Position numbers and translations under genes: made by a program. This document shows, piece by piece, positions 13,730 to 25,100 of a DNA stretch of 64,000 bases (position 1 is its first letter; each line of letters begins with the position of its first letter). Below the pieces are notes generated by a model, which was not told the origin of the DNA, searched no databases, and was given only the letters and a program-made list of their open reading frames with translations. Source of the stretch: Phoronis australis (taxonomy: Eukaryota; Animalia; Phoronida); assembly GCA_002633005.1 (NCBI GenBank), contig NMRA01000146.1:209640-273639 (forward strand), written 5' to 3'.

Positions 13730-15468
13730 TGCATATATAGATTATTACATGGTGAAGTCGTTATCGCCCGTTAACTAGAGCCCGAGTGGATTTTGGAGAA
13801 TTATCGCCCGAGGGTGATAATTCTACAAAATCCACGAAGGCTCTAGATGAGGGGGATAACGACTGAGAACATGTAATAATCTATTTACACCACATACTGA
13901 ACGAGAAATATTGCAATGAATCGATCTACCTTTCGCGACTCGCCTCGGCTTTGTAACTACTTTGTATGTCAGAGGCACGGGGTCGGAGGTCGTGACCTTT
14001 TAAGAAAAGCCGGGCTATTTTTGTCAAATAATGCTTTTACTCAAAACCAATTGAAAATTTAAACAAAATAGAAATAAAGTGAGTCTATAAATTAAGGTTT
14101 AGCAACTATTATACCTTACTACACATACATGTATTATCACGCTAAGCTGCGACCGGGAAAATATCGTCTGATAAAGTAGGTTGCCACTAGTAACTGAGTA
14201 TAAAGCTCAAGTCAAAGGATCCCGACGGCACGATACCCGCATTCAAATTGGAGATCGGTGATTTACAAGTTACAGAACACGAGAGAAAAATTTCACTGAA
14301 TTTAAGATATCGTTTTTATGGAAATTATGAGTCTTATTTTTCATAGCAATTGTTGCGCGTGCTCATTTAAGTATTCTATTTTCACGTTCAATGACGTCCG
14401 CCGCTGAGTGTAGAAAGCATTTTCATCAAGAATTTATTAGAAGAAACGTAACCCTGCATTCAGTATGATACCTAATCCGTAACACTACGAACGCCGCAAT
14501 TTGGTCACGTTTACTTTTCATGTTTCGAACCTAGTTTTCCGGAAAAATTTATATCCTTTCGCCAGACAACTCTTTGGTGCATTGACTTGTTCTTTAACTG
14601 TGTTTTTCTACGTCTCTGTGGTTAATTATTGACACATTTTTTAAGAATTAATATTCAGATTGGACTCCAAAGACCGGCCATTTAACTCACGCAATGTAAA
14701 TTTCCGCTTTGTTTATCGCAGTGAGCCTCGCTTTGGATTTTAATGTCCGCCGCGTGAATTGGGTCTATTCGACGCTAATATTGTGGTATAATATGGTTTA
14801 CGCATTGTTCTCCAAAACGTTACCAGGAATTGTTTTTAAAACTTTCAACTTTTGTATGACTGGTTATCAAAAATATGACTTGTATGATTTTTATAAAAAA
14901 TCAAAAGAGACATGTACATAAAGCGAAAACGAATTGAAAATAGCATCAGTGGATATTTCAGATTTCACACTTATATCAAACAAAATTTGATTCTGTTATT
15001 ACCGTTGTTTTTCTAAGGATTTACCTTTCGTTTTTCCAAAAGACGGGTTCTCGCGACCCAGTTAATAGTAAATTAGGATAAAGTCAAAAATCAAATCCTA
15101 CATTCTGAAAATAAATACATTCATTGTAGTAAGTTGATTAGGTCCTACCTATCTTTAAGGAATAATTTCTGAACTTTAGGAGAACTCGCAGATGGCCAGT
15201 GCCGGATACAAATCTACACACTCAGCTTCGCTTCAAGTGAAAACTTCTTGTCAAATCTTGCTAACCCCAGACAACACCATTAATTTGATCAAAAAGCAAG
15301 TCGAGGGCAGTTTTACACTGGCAATTGTCTAAGTTGAAAGTTAGGTTAGATGTAGATTTAATATGTTATTTGCGAGAAGCGGTACTGCATAAAAACTGTG
15401 TTCATTATTCTCGTGTATAGGATAAACACCGTCTTCGAACAGACTGAAAGGATTCGAGTGCGAGTTTT

Positions 15469-15525
<57 letters not shown>

Positions 15526-17366
15526 GCAACAACATCAACAACAAAAACAATAATAATAATGGTTTCGCTAGCACTTTCGCTTTATGTACATCTACATTTC
15601 CAATAATGACAGAGTTGTGAACTGATGCGATCGTCACTATAGGAGCTACAGGTGTAGAGCTTAGCTTGCAGTTGCGATAGCCCAAAACTGGTCAGTGGTG
15701 TTTTTTATGAAGCGTCAAAGGGCTCTTACAAACGAGTACGTTCATTAGTTTATTCACAAAAATCACTGCTTCTTAAAAAAGCGCACAATCAAAGGGTCTT
15801 GAATCTTTACGCGGGGGAGAGCCTGTCACCCTTGCAAAAAGTATCTGCTGCTGTGCCAGAATAGCCTTACATGGGCAGCTTTAATAGACAGTGGGTTTCA
15901 ATCGGACTTTAACAGGTGCGCGTACAGGGTGCCAGTCCAAAAATCAACGTTTTCCTATTGCTTTTGGAGGGTAAGACACCTGACGAGTTCCGCGTGAGTT
16001 AGTTGTGTGTTTTACCGCATAGTTTCTGGCATAGTCGCAAGAACGTCGCTAGCGAAGCAAGTGGTCACGTGTTTCACTTCCAATACACATGTACGGTGCG
16101 GGATATAGAGTCTTACGAATTTTTGCTTTTCTTGCAAGAAACTGGGTATACTCCCGGTTCATAGATAAAAAACGTTGTTGAAGTTTTTAAATTTTCATGT
16201 TGTGATGTCATAGTATTTGCAATTAGCCAATGAGAGACTGTATTGATTTTGAAATTGAGAATGCCCTTGGCTCAACCAAGGCATTACGGGAATTGCAACA
16301 CCAATGGACTCACATGCGTATGCTTAGAAGAAATGTTTGTTTATCTTCGCATTCATCGCTTATTCATGGTAGAGTGTGAATGTATTTTGACACCACATTT
16401 CGATTAACGCGACTAAGGTCGTGGTGAGGAAGCGAACTAACTACTAGCGAAAATAATCATCCCCATCTCGAGCATCTCCTCTGAAACGCTGAGACATTTT
16501 TCCAACACCGTCAAACAATTTAGTTTACTCAAGGAAGACTAGTTGTTCATGCCACATATTTTGTGTCAAAATGTATCTGGCCAGTTTTTTTACCCACGTC
16601 GGCGCAAAGCTGTACTATACTATTTAGTACACAGCTTTGCGCCATGTCTATAGAAAACTAAGTGTATCGAAGCGAGCTCGGATGAATACAGGGGTAGAAG
16701 GGTTGTCCTGTAGTGAAGGCGCGTGCGGATGGAATGAGAACGGTGTTTCACACGTCACAGGCTATAGGAAAATACTCGCTTTAACTCATACCATATTGTA
16801 TGGGCACCTGATCGGAGCCGGGTGGCAACCCATGATGTAACGCAACCAGTCACCGACTCAGTATTCTGGCGCAGCAGACGAAACGCGCTGGCGAGGCTGT
16901 AACCCTCATATCCCGTGGACGCGTTCTCAAGACCTCAGGACAGTTATTCACATCGCAAGGGTAGCTAGGGATGTGCACTGTCGGCTTCACTGTACATTCT
17001 CATTTACAGCGCCACTCTGGTGAAAAGAGGGCGCTACGTAATTTCTCAATTGTCTCTAGGTTGCTGATGTGGCAATTATGTCTTATTCAACAGTCACACA
17101 ATTATGAAGTTCATTAGTTATTACCTTTGGATGGTAAATGGCGCAACAGTAATTGTTACATGCACTTTAGCTTCGTAAGTGGCTATGTGTAGTTCTAGGC
17201 TACTGTTATGGTTTCCGCAAATCTGCGACGAAGCGGCAAGGACAAATTCTCTCCCAATGTTTGTGTTGTGTGGCACTGCTGATGTACAGGTGTTGAACGC
17301 CATAGAAGCAAACAGCAGCACCACTGTTCCGTTGAACACTTTAAGCGCTGAATCAACTTCCCTCAT
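6327..17366 (-). CDS. Type I membrane protein with IgGFc-binding (FCGBP N-terminal-like) domain and acidic Asp-rich repeat; 6 coding exons 17125..17366, 13287..13433, 12206..12362, 8583..9130, 7979..8343, 6327..6802 (~644 aa)
   Basis: Signal-peptide-like N-terminus followed by GREFVLA; repeated FTVIP..AWDKAY / EQIPPISRWGR / VPPIEQFRADY motifs; terminal FGVLLYG....YGMFGG typical of the IgGFc-binding domain; DGDGIDNDCDMRSDEE..DDDNDGLIDED; TM helix LVGPLVALVVCLTGVGFVVTVLIY followed by RKR; Ser/Thr-rich tail. Intron phases 2,2,0,2,1 join into one open frame. Confidence 0.8.
9384..10316 (+). mobile_element. Non-autonomous Kolobok-like DNA transposon with THAP-domain remnant
   Basis: TTAA|gggagaatgccaccc ... 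gggtggcatgctcct|TTAA (TIRs plus TTAA TSD). Internal frameshifted CIVPACPN...GISFF / LPQESGMLRKWL...HLRVCGL resembles a THAP zinc finger. Confidence 0.65.
10513..11010. mobile_element. PIF/Harbinger-like MITE
   Basis: TAA|aggcgctttcccattag ... ctaatgggaaagcgact|TAA, with internal ccgaagcttcg repeats. Confidence 0.65.
13737..13884. repeat. ~148-bp imperfect palindrome (foldback) beside a (TA)n tract
   Basis: atagattattacatg...agtcgttatc...ctagagcc...gtggatttt..agaattatcgccc-ga-gggtgataattct..aaaatccac...ggctctag...gataacgact...catgtaataatctat; (TA)n at ~13692..13738. Confidence 0.85.
15468..15560. repeat. (CAA)n microsatellite grading into (TAA)n
   Basis: Seen directly. Confidence 0.95.
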
Positions 17367-18574
17367 GTGCCAAATCGATTTACTTTAAGTTTGAGCGTTT
17401 GAAAGCACGCGATATGTGGCAATAATCATTTTCCAGAGAGATTAAGTTTGAGTCTAATACCGGAATAAAAACTTACTAAAAATTAGCGACGTTGCGTCCG
17501 CATCTCACGGACTTCAGCTTGGCTTATGACGCTATCGTTATTCTCGCCAATTGGTGGCGTTTCGACCAGACAGCGCGGCATTGAGAGTCCTTTAAATAAA
17601 AGAAGTGGTTCAAGATTCTATTTGTCACACATATGGGATGGTTTTCTGACCTCAATGCCGCGCCGTCTGGTTTTTATTCCAGTATTAGACTCAAACTTGA
17701 TCCGTTTTCTCAACTGGATGTCTCAAAAATTTCATGCTTTTATCATTTTCCAAGAGACACATGCATGCATTGCCAAGCTTTTCGACGGAAAATTCGTCCA
17801 TTTCTGTGAGATGTAATCACGTACTAAAAGTAGTAATATCATCTTGTGCAATGGATTTTTCGGGCAAACTTTCTTTCTGACTAAATTGAAAAAATGACTA
17901 TGCTATCAAAGCACGAAGGTCTGAAAATAGTCACTGGACTCTTGCCTATCGTCTACATTGCGACCCCTTCAATTGATTCAAAATGCGTCTTAAAAGGCAG
18001 TCCATATAAAAAACAGTAATTTTCAAGTCAGTCTATACGTCAAAATTCAAAACAACGTTTTTGTACATGGATAAGTTTCCTAACAAAAATTTAAATGCCA
18101 AATTCTGTGCACTCAATGAGCCCTAATTTCGCCACAAATTGGTACAAAATTAGACACATTAGCCGTCTGCAAAATTGTGTTTTCAGCAACGAAAATATTA
18201 AGTAACTTACTTTGGTGGCTGGAAAAATCAACGTATACTGAGTATAATTCTGTGCCACAAGCAGAGTTTACAGACCACTTGAAAAAATTTGAGCAAGAAA
18301 TATCCTGTAAATTGTTATAAAAATCAAGTCTAAGGTTCTTCATATGTTGTTTTCTGGATGTACATGTATAATGCCATCAGTATCAACACTGAACCCGTCA
18401 CAAGAACAACAAAACTCTATATTATCCGACATAATGTAGCGTTAACGGATTGTAGGATCGCATCGTTTTACGCATGCTTAGGGAAGAAAATTTGTTACAA
18501 TAAGCTTAATGATGAAAGAAAACACAGAAAAAATGATTTTTGAGAGCGAAAGTTCAACATTTACAGTTCCCCAA

Positions 18575-18577
<3 letters not shown>

Positions 18578-18629
<52 letters not shown>

Positions 18630-18630
18630 G
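18578..18630. repeat. (GT)n microsatellite
   Basis: Seen directly. Confidence 0.95.
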
Positions 18631-19144
18631 CTTGGGAGTGCATTCTAATCGTCAAGAAAAAAAGAACAGAATATTGATTACATTTTTACTTCGTGGCCTA
18701 CAATGTAAAACAGTCCATCACCGGTACTTTCTCGTGACTAATGCAGCCACGTTGAAAATAATCGTAGCGCAGTAGCCAAATACAAGTTAACATCAGCTAT
18801 TTGCAATTTTATACAGTTTTGGTCGCAACCTTACGCTACGTGCATTCAACGACACCTACATGTAACCAATTAAGTTATTGATACACTTCCAGTATCAGAG
18901 AGGGCAGAAAACAACAGAAGCATAATGGTGAAATATTAAATGCATGTAGTTCGATAACACTGGTTTACCCCTAAGCTGCTGCAATATCAAGTTACTCTAA
19001 TCGTTTATATCCCCACACTTCCAGATTAGCAGGATTTGTTCACATTAAGAATCATTCACTTATATAGTTGTTCGGCTAGACCCATCAGACCAGCGCACAG
19101 GAATTGCAGCTACAAGTCAAATCTTGTGCACGAAGAAAGGGGTC

Positions 19145-22100
19145 TTAGAAGGCGTTGTCTAAGGCTGCACAAATTTGACCTTCGCTGACGACGGTCAAGG
19201 GAAGGAACTTGGCGTCCGCCTGAAGAAGGTATAGCTACAAAGATGAAAAATCAGTAAATTTATCAACAAGCTATCATTTTGTTTTTAGTTGCTGCAAATA
19301 GCAGCAAAAATGAACGCTGCTACTTGGAATCGATGTCGGGGCCAATCAACATTTATTGTATATTACATTATTGTACATTACATTATTGTATATTACATTA
19401 TTGTATATTACATTATTGTATATTACATTATTGTATATTACATTACAGTGCAGGTTAACTTGGAAACAAGAACTACTAATAAACTATTTTTCCCAAAATA
19501 GAGACAACAACACTGGCTAATCTCATTTTCAACAAGGTTTGAAAACACTTTAGAAGGTCGCTTGTTTTCCACTGCAATCACCGATTGGGATATTTATATA
19601 AAGCTGTACATCCACAGAGAAATTTCCGGATCTTCTTATTGGCGATTCCGTATCAAAATGAGATCTGCAGTAAATATGGTGCTAAAGTCCTACTGGTCCA
19701 AGTTTGCCTTGATAACTCCAACATTAAGGCTGAACGAGTGAATACGAACTCGAAATCTCGAGTTCAATAATTTGCAGCTCAAATTTTGGAGTCGTCAAAT
19801 GCAAACTTGGACGAGAAAAGTATATGCATAAACCATACTTTACTAGAGTACAGACACTAATAGACACTTATCTTTAGTTCACAAAAAGGAGATTAGAAAA
19901 CGTAAAAAATATTCGAGTTCGATTTCGAGTACAACTATTAAATCCGGCCCTCGGTATGACAAATTAACGCAGCAATGAAGACAACACATACCTGGGCATA
20001 CTCAAAACCACGGGATTTCTCGGACTTAGATGCTCCGCTGCCAATCCACACGATAACTTCCTCACCGGTATCGACGACAAAGGCATCCTGTGACCAGAAA
20101 AAAATGGTACAATATTGGCATAACTAGTAAAACGACATCAATCAGACGTAAGTTGTACAGACGCATATGCGGTCTGCGTCAAGTGGAAATGCTAACTTGT
20201 CTTCCAGCTTATCTGAATGTCGAGCACGTTGTGTGTTTTTATTGACTTTCTTTGAACACTGGGTGGACTTCGGGTACGAGTTCCCTTTCTCCTCAGAGCA
20301 TGTAAACAACGGTGTCAGCATGCCATATTTATGATTATCCCCAACGTTGAGGGGATCTTCGAGACATCCTAGATCCGCCACTGTCGCGTGATTTCAAAAG
20401 TCACGCACAGATGTATGTATTTCTACAGTACCTAAACAGTAGTTAGTGATAAAAACCCCATTCAGTTCTAACAGGGCTACATGATTATACAATGTACACC
20501 ACAAAATGCAAAAATTGTCTATGGAACTACCCACTTGTATGTAAAGGAATTTCGGAAGAGAAAGCCAGTCCTTTGATTTTCTAAGCATATTTGACTGTTT
20601 AGATATCCTAAGTATTTATCATCGTGGCAACGGACATAAATCCAGTCATAGTAAGGGAAATTTGAAGACTTGACTTCATTGGAGTAAGTGTCTGGATTTG
20701 ATTTTTTTCGACAACCACAGTGTTAAATACATAGCATGACACAATAACCTGCAGATTACTGCTGAGTGCTGACGCCGCCATGTTGTCACCTCAGAATGCA
20801 TATGTCGTGTCAAAGGAGACGCCTGAGAATAGTGGCTGGTACTTGCGTACTTACGTTGGTATTCAGCATAGACCTATCAAAGCCACTTAGTTCTTCAAAC
20901 ACCAAGTTTCCTGACGCGTCCGAAAGCCTTGAAAAACAAGAGGATAAAATTATAAACTGGATAATTTCACAAGAGCCTTACCTAACTTCAAAGTCACCCT
21001 ATAAATCCACACCACGGTACGCGATATTTTCACCAAGACCTGGCGTGCGTTCAGTAACGGTAGGACATTTGCTAAGACCTAGCTAAAATCTAATTAAAGT
21101 CACATGTTCTCATTTAAAATACACGGCAAAGCTCACGTAATCTCGCGAAGTCTTGCTTTTTAGCGAGGTCCTAGCGTTACTGAACGGCAGGCTGTACTCG
21201 AAATCGAGCTGAACATTACTTTTTACACCTAACATGTCTGGTTCTACTTTCGTTCGCACTGAAAACCACTGTCTGGTATTTCAAATACCAGACACTGCTT
21301 TTCAGTGCGTATTTGTCAGTGGACAGATACATACTGGTTTACGTGGATGACTGTCTAAATCTAATATACCTGCATGTACCATTTAACATTAGAGCTACAA
21401 GTTTTCACTCGAATATTTTAGCACTTTGTAGCTCGACTCTAGGGGTTGTCAAGTAGAAACATGGATTGACACTCAACTTCGTAAACCGTCATTTACTCGA
21501 CGACGCAAACACCTTTATCTTGACTTTATGCTTACATTAAGTGGAACAAAAAATGTTAATAATATTCGAATTTGATTCGCGCGTAAATATTAGACCCCGG
21601 CACAGGAAAAGGAAGAATAGGTATGAATCTAGGTTAATGTTTAATAATCAACCCTCAAAAACTAGAAGCTGATATTTCGATGCATAACTTAATGCCGAAT
21701 AAAGAAGAGACCGGGTGTTTAAAAGCGACACATTTTAAAATTCTTATTTACAATCTCGGAGAACCTGGGCTCAAATTCCTAATCTACTTTATTTGGCATA
21801 CAGAATGCATATAATCGTAAGAAGTGCAAGCCTACAACTCTACGTATGATCTGTTTCAGGATAAGTGATTTGAAGTTAGAAAATAGGTATTACACTCCGC
21901 CTTCACAATAACTGTTACCGTATAAAGTTTTAACCATACACATGAAAGCCAAGAAATGTTTTTACAAATTAACTTCGTAATTAACAATTTCTACAATATT
22001 CTCAGATGCTGTGTTCATGATAGTAGCGAGTTTAAATTACTTTTCTGAAATGGTTATGTGAAGCATATCAGACCGAATTTCTAAGGTAAATTTTTTTATG

Positions 22101-25100
22101 AAACATAGTCCCCAAGACGTAGACGCAAGAGTCCGGGAAGGAGGAGTTCATTGCTTGTTATGCATAGCGATATATTTTTGCGAGACCTCGCCTTTTCTCG
22201 AGGTTCTCGCGTCTACGGAACCTACATTTGATGACCTCTAAATCCAAACTCCACTCTCGGCTTCAAACTTGAGATTTCGAGAACTTAGTCGAATATGTAG
22301 CTTTAAAGTGTGTTGTTATCAATCGCTAGATGGGATTACTACACATGAAACTAAACACAAATATAGTGTATCTCGAGTTCATACATAAGTGGAACACAAA
22401 ATATCAAATCTATTGATAGATCAAGTACAGAGCTAGGAATACCAGCCTGGAAACGTAATCAACGAATCTTTCCGCAAAATGTTGAGGCTAATTCAACTCA
22501 CTTAAGCATTTTCTTGGGACGTCCACTGTAGTCACCTTCTTCATCCTCGACCTCATCCCCGTCAGTTTCGTCGTCGGCCAAACTTTCATAGAAGTCGTGC
22601 TAAAAGAACAACACGCACAGTCGGCCATGTTTTTTTTTAAATTCCTCTTCAGGTTGAACTGCGCATGTCCGAAATGTCGCGCAGCTATAGGGAGCCGTTA
22701 GGTAAACACTGGACGGTTTTCCCACTAAGTGAACTCGTCTGCGCGCAATCACGAATCCTTGAATATGTGTAGACATGAAGCATCGTTCACAATATCAGAA
22801 GAGGAAGTAAAACAGCTTGTTGTACCATTGTAAGTGCCTTGCACTGATATGAAGCGAAATAATGTATATCAGAGACCATCATAAAGGCACGGTGGTTCTT
22901 TTCTTAATCTGGGCGTGGAAATCAGTCTTAGAGGTGTCAGCTAAGCGGGCTCAAGAGCTCAACTCAGAGAGCAGTGAATAAGTTGGCACTAACAAAACAA
23001 CTCTTTCAATATGTTTTAGGCTTTACTGTGTAACATCAGTACATATATTTCGTGCACAGGTGGCCCACAGTTGGATCCTATGTACCAAAGAATCATGCAG
23101 TAAAATTTTACCTAATAATACTTACATCTTTTGATATACCATCTTGCTCCAAAGTGTGACTCTGAGGACGTCCATTTCTTTCCGATTTGAGTTGTTCAAC
23201 AAATTGCAAGGCCTGAAAACTCAAGAAACTCAGACGAAGTTTGTCTCCAAAATGTTAACACAAGGTTACCCCATAACTCTTGACATAAACTAACAGTGCA
23301 GAACACATAATACCCATGAATACAACACTCAACCCAGGCTGATCAAGTTCTTTGCAACAGAATTGAAACCATTTTTGAAGGAATGACAATGATGGTCACC
23401 ACTAACAAGAGCAATGTCCAATAGGGGAACTGTGTCCTCTTAATTTATTCAACAACCAATGTACAATGGTCAAGTGGGAGTGAAATCTATCTCCGAAATA
23501 GAACAAAGCAGTGTTTCTAAGTCGTTTGTAATATATTATTAACGATATTGCAGCTTCCATCAACCTGGAATGACTAGGTGTGGCTATTATCAGACTTCTG
23601 ACATATCTACATGTACACTCTTCAACTGTGTGAAGTCATTGACTACAGCGCTCACATTTAAACGTTTTCAATGAATACAACTGCACTTTGTTTAGCTTAG
23701 ATGGTGTTCAAATAGCATTGCCGTTTAGTTCCTGCTAAACTTTAGCATATTAGGAGCAAGCATCTTAAAGGTTTACCTGGAACTTTTCGTCTTTGTTGGC
23801 ATCTCTACCATTCCACTGGTAGATTACGAGTCCTTTATCCAAGATGAACACATCACCATCATTAAGATTCGACTCCTTCAGCGAATGCTAAACAATAAGA
23901 AAGAAACAGTCGTTAGAGGGATGATTTTCCTTGACATTGGCATTCGATATTAGCATTAGTAAATGGGTGGATTAAGCGAACCACCTATAGAAAATTCAGT
24001 TTCGTTGACTTCAAGAGATAGCAAAATGGATTCTTGCGAGTGGCAACGACAACAAACGACAGGAACAGCAACACTGATCTGAGTGCAAGGTCGATGCGTA
24101 TAACAATTCATGGCAATTTTCATCTGAAGGGGGTACAACATCGTGTGTTTGGATGTCCGACCAGACGGGACAGATAACGCTAATGCAGCGAACTGCAGCA
24201 GAAGGATAGCACCCAAAAAAGGCAATAACAATGCAAACCAAGTAGTTTTGAAGTTGGTTGATCTGAAAGATATTGATTCCGATGAACGTGATGAAAATTA
24301 ATAGAGCGAATGCCATTATTTACCTCAGACACATGGACCTTTCTGCCTACACGTTTGTACCGCAAGAGGCGACTTTTGTATTCTTCCGGCGTTACGTGCC
24401 TGAAGCCGGTATCAGCGCCACCTTTCAAAAGTCTAAAATTGTCAAAACATTCATTAATCGTCGGATCCCAAGACCAAAAACGACTCAATCAAAAGAAATA
24501 GACCAACCACGAATGTGTTGCACATCCGATAAGTGCACTTTGTATCCCTGATATCATTTAAGACATACATTAGACAACAAATAACGACATCTTTCACCCT
24601 TCAGGTAGCGGTGCTTTTACGTCAAAAAAAGACAATTTTCCTGCGACGTTTTCCGTAGACGAAATAAGACAACCCGCCTGAGAATTTCGAATCGTCAAGA
24701 GCGTCACTTGTAATGCATGGCAATATATCGCGAAGACTTACTTACGCTAGACATAGCTTTGTCGCGCGTGTCTTACGTCAACAGAACGCAGGCCTGGTTA
24801 GTGTGAACTGTTCACCAGAATAAACGAACATACACAAACGATAAACCACAGACTCAAATGAAAAAGGGCGACAACATAGAGCAGAGAAAGATGCTACTCA
24901 TCAGCAACACGTATATGAGCAGAAATAACAATTATGCAAACAAATACGCTGGCAACAGAAAACGTAATAAACGGAAATCCACTGAAAAAGTACTGTAGAG
25001 ATGAAGTTTATACTTGCTTGATAGAGATATAGTAGGCCTATGATGACGGTTTACTGATGACGAATAGTATTTGATTAGTGGGTGAAAGGCATACCGCGGA

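Noticed and set aside
15467-15685. Poly-Leu ORF
   Set aside because: Translation of the (CAA)n microsatellite.
15975-16010. ctgacga hammerhead-like core
   Set aside because: No stem II followed by GAAA; the other ctgatga sites I checked also failed.
19289-19501. IIVYY-repeat ORF or CRISPR-like array
   Set aside because: Head-to-tail 15-bp minisatellite with no spacers; eukaryotic context and no cas genes.
23956-24316. Hydrophobic, Cys-rich short ORFs in gelsolin intron 7
   Set aside because: No recognisable domain or splice context; consistent with T-rich intron sequence.
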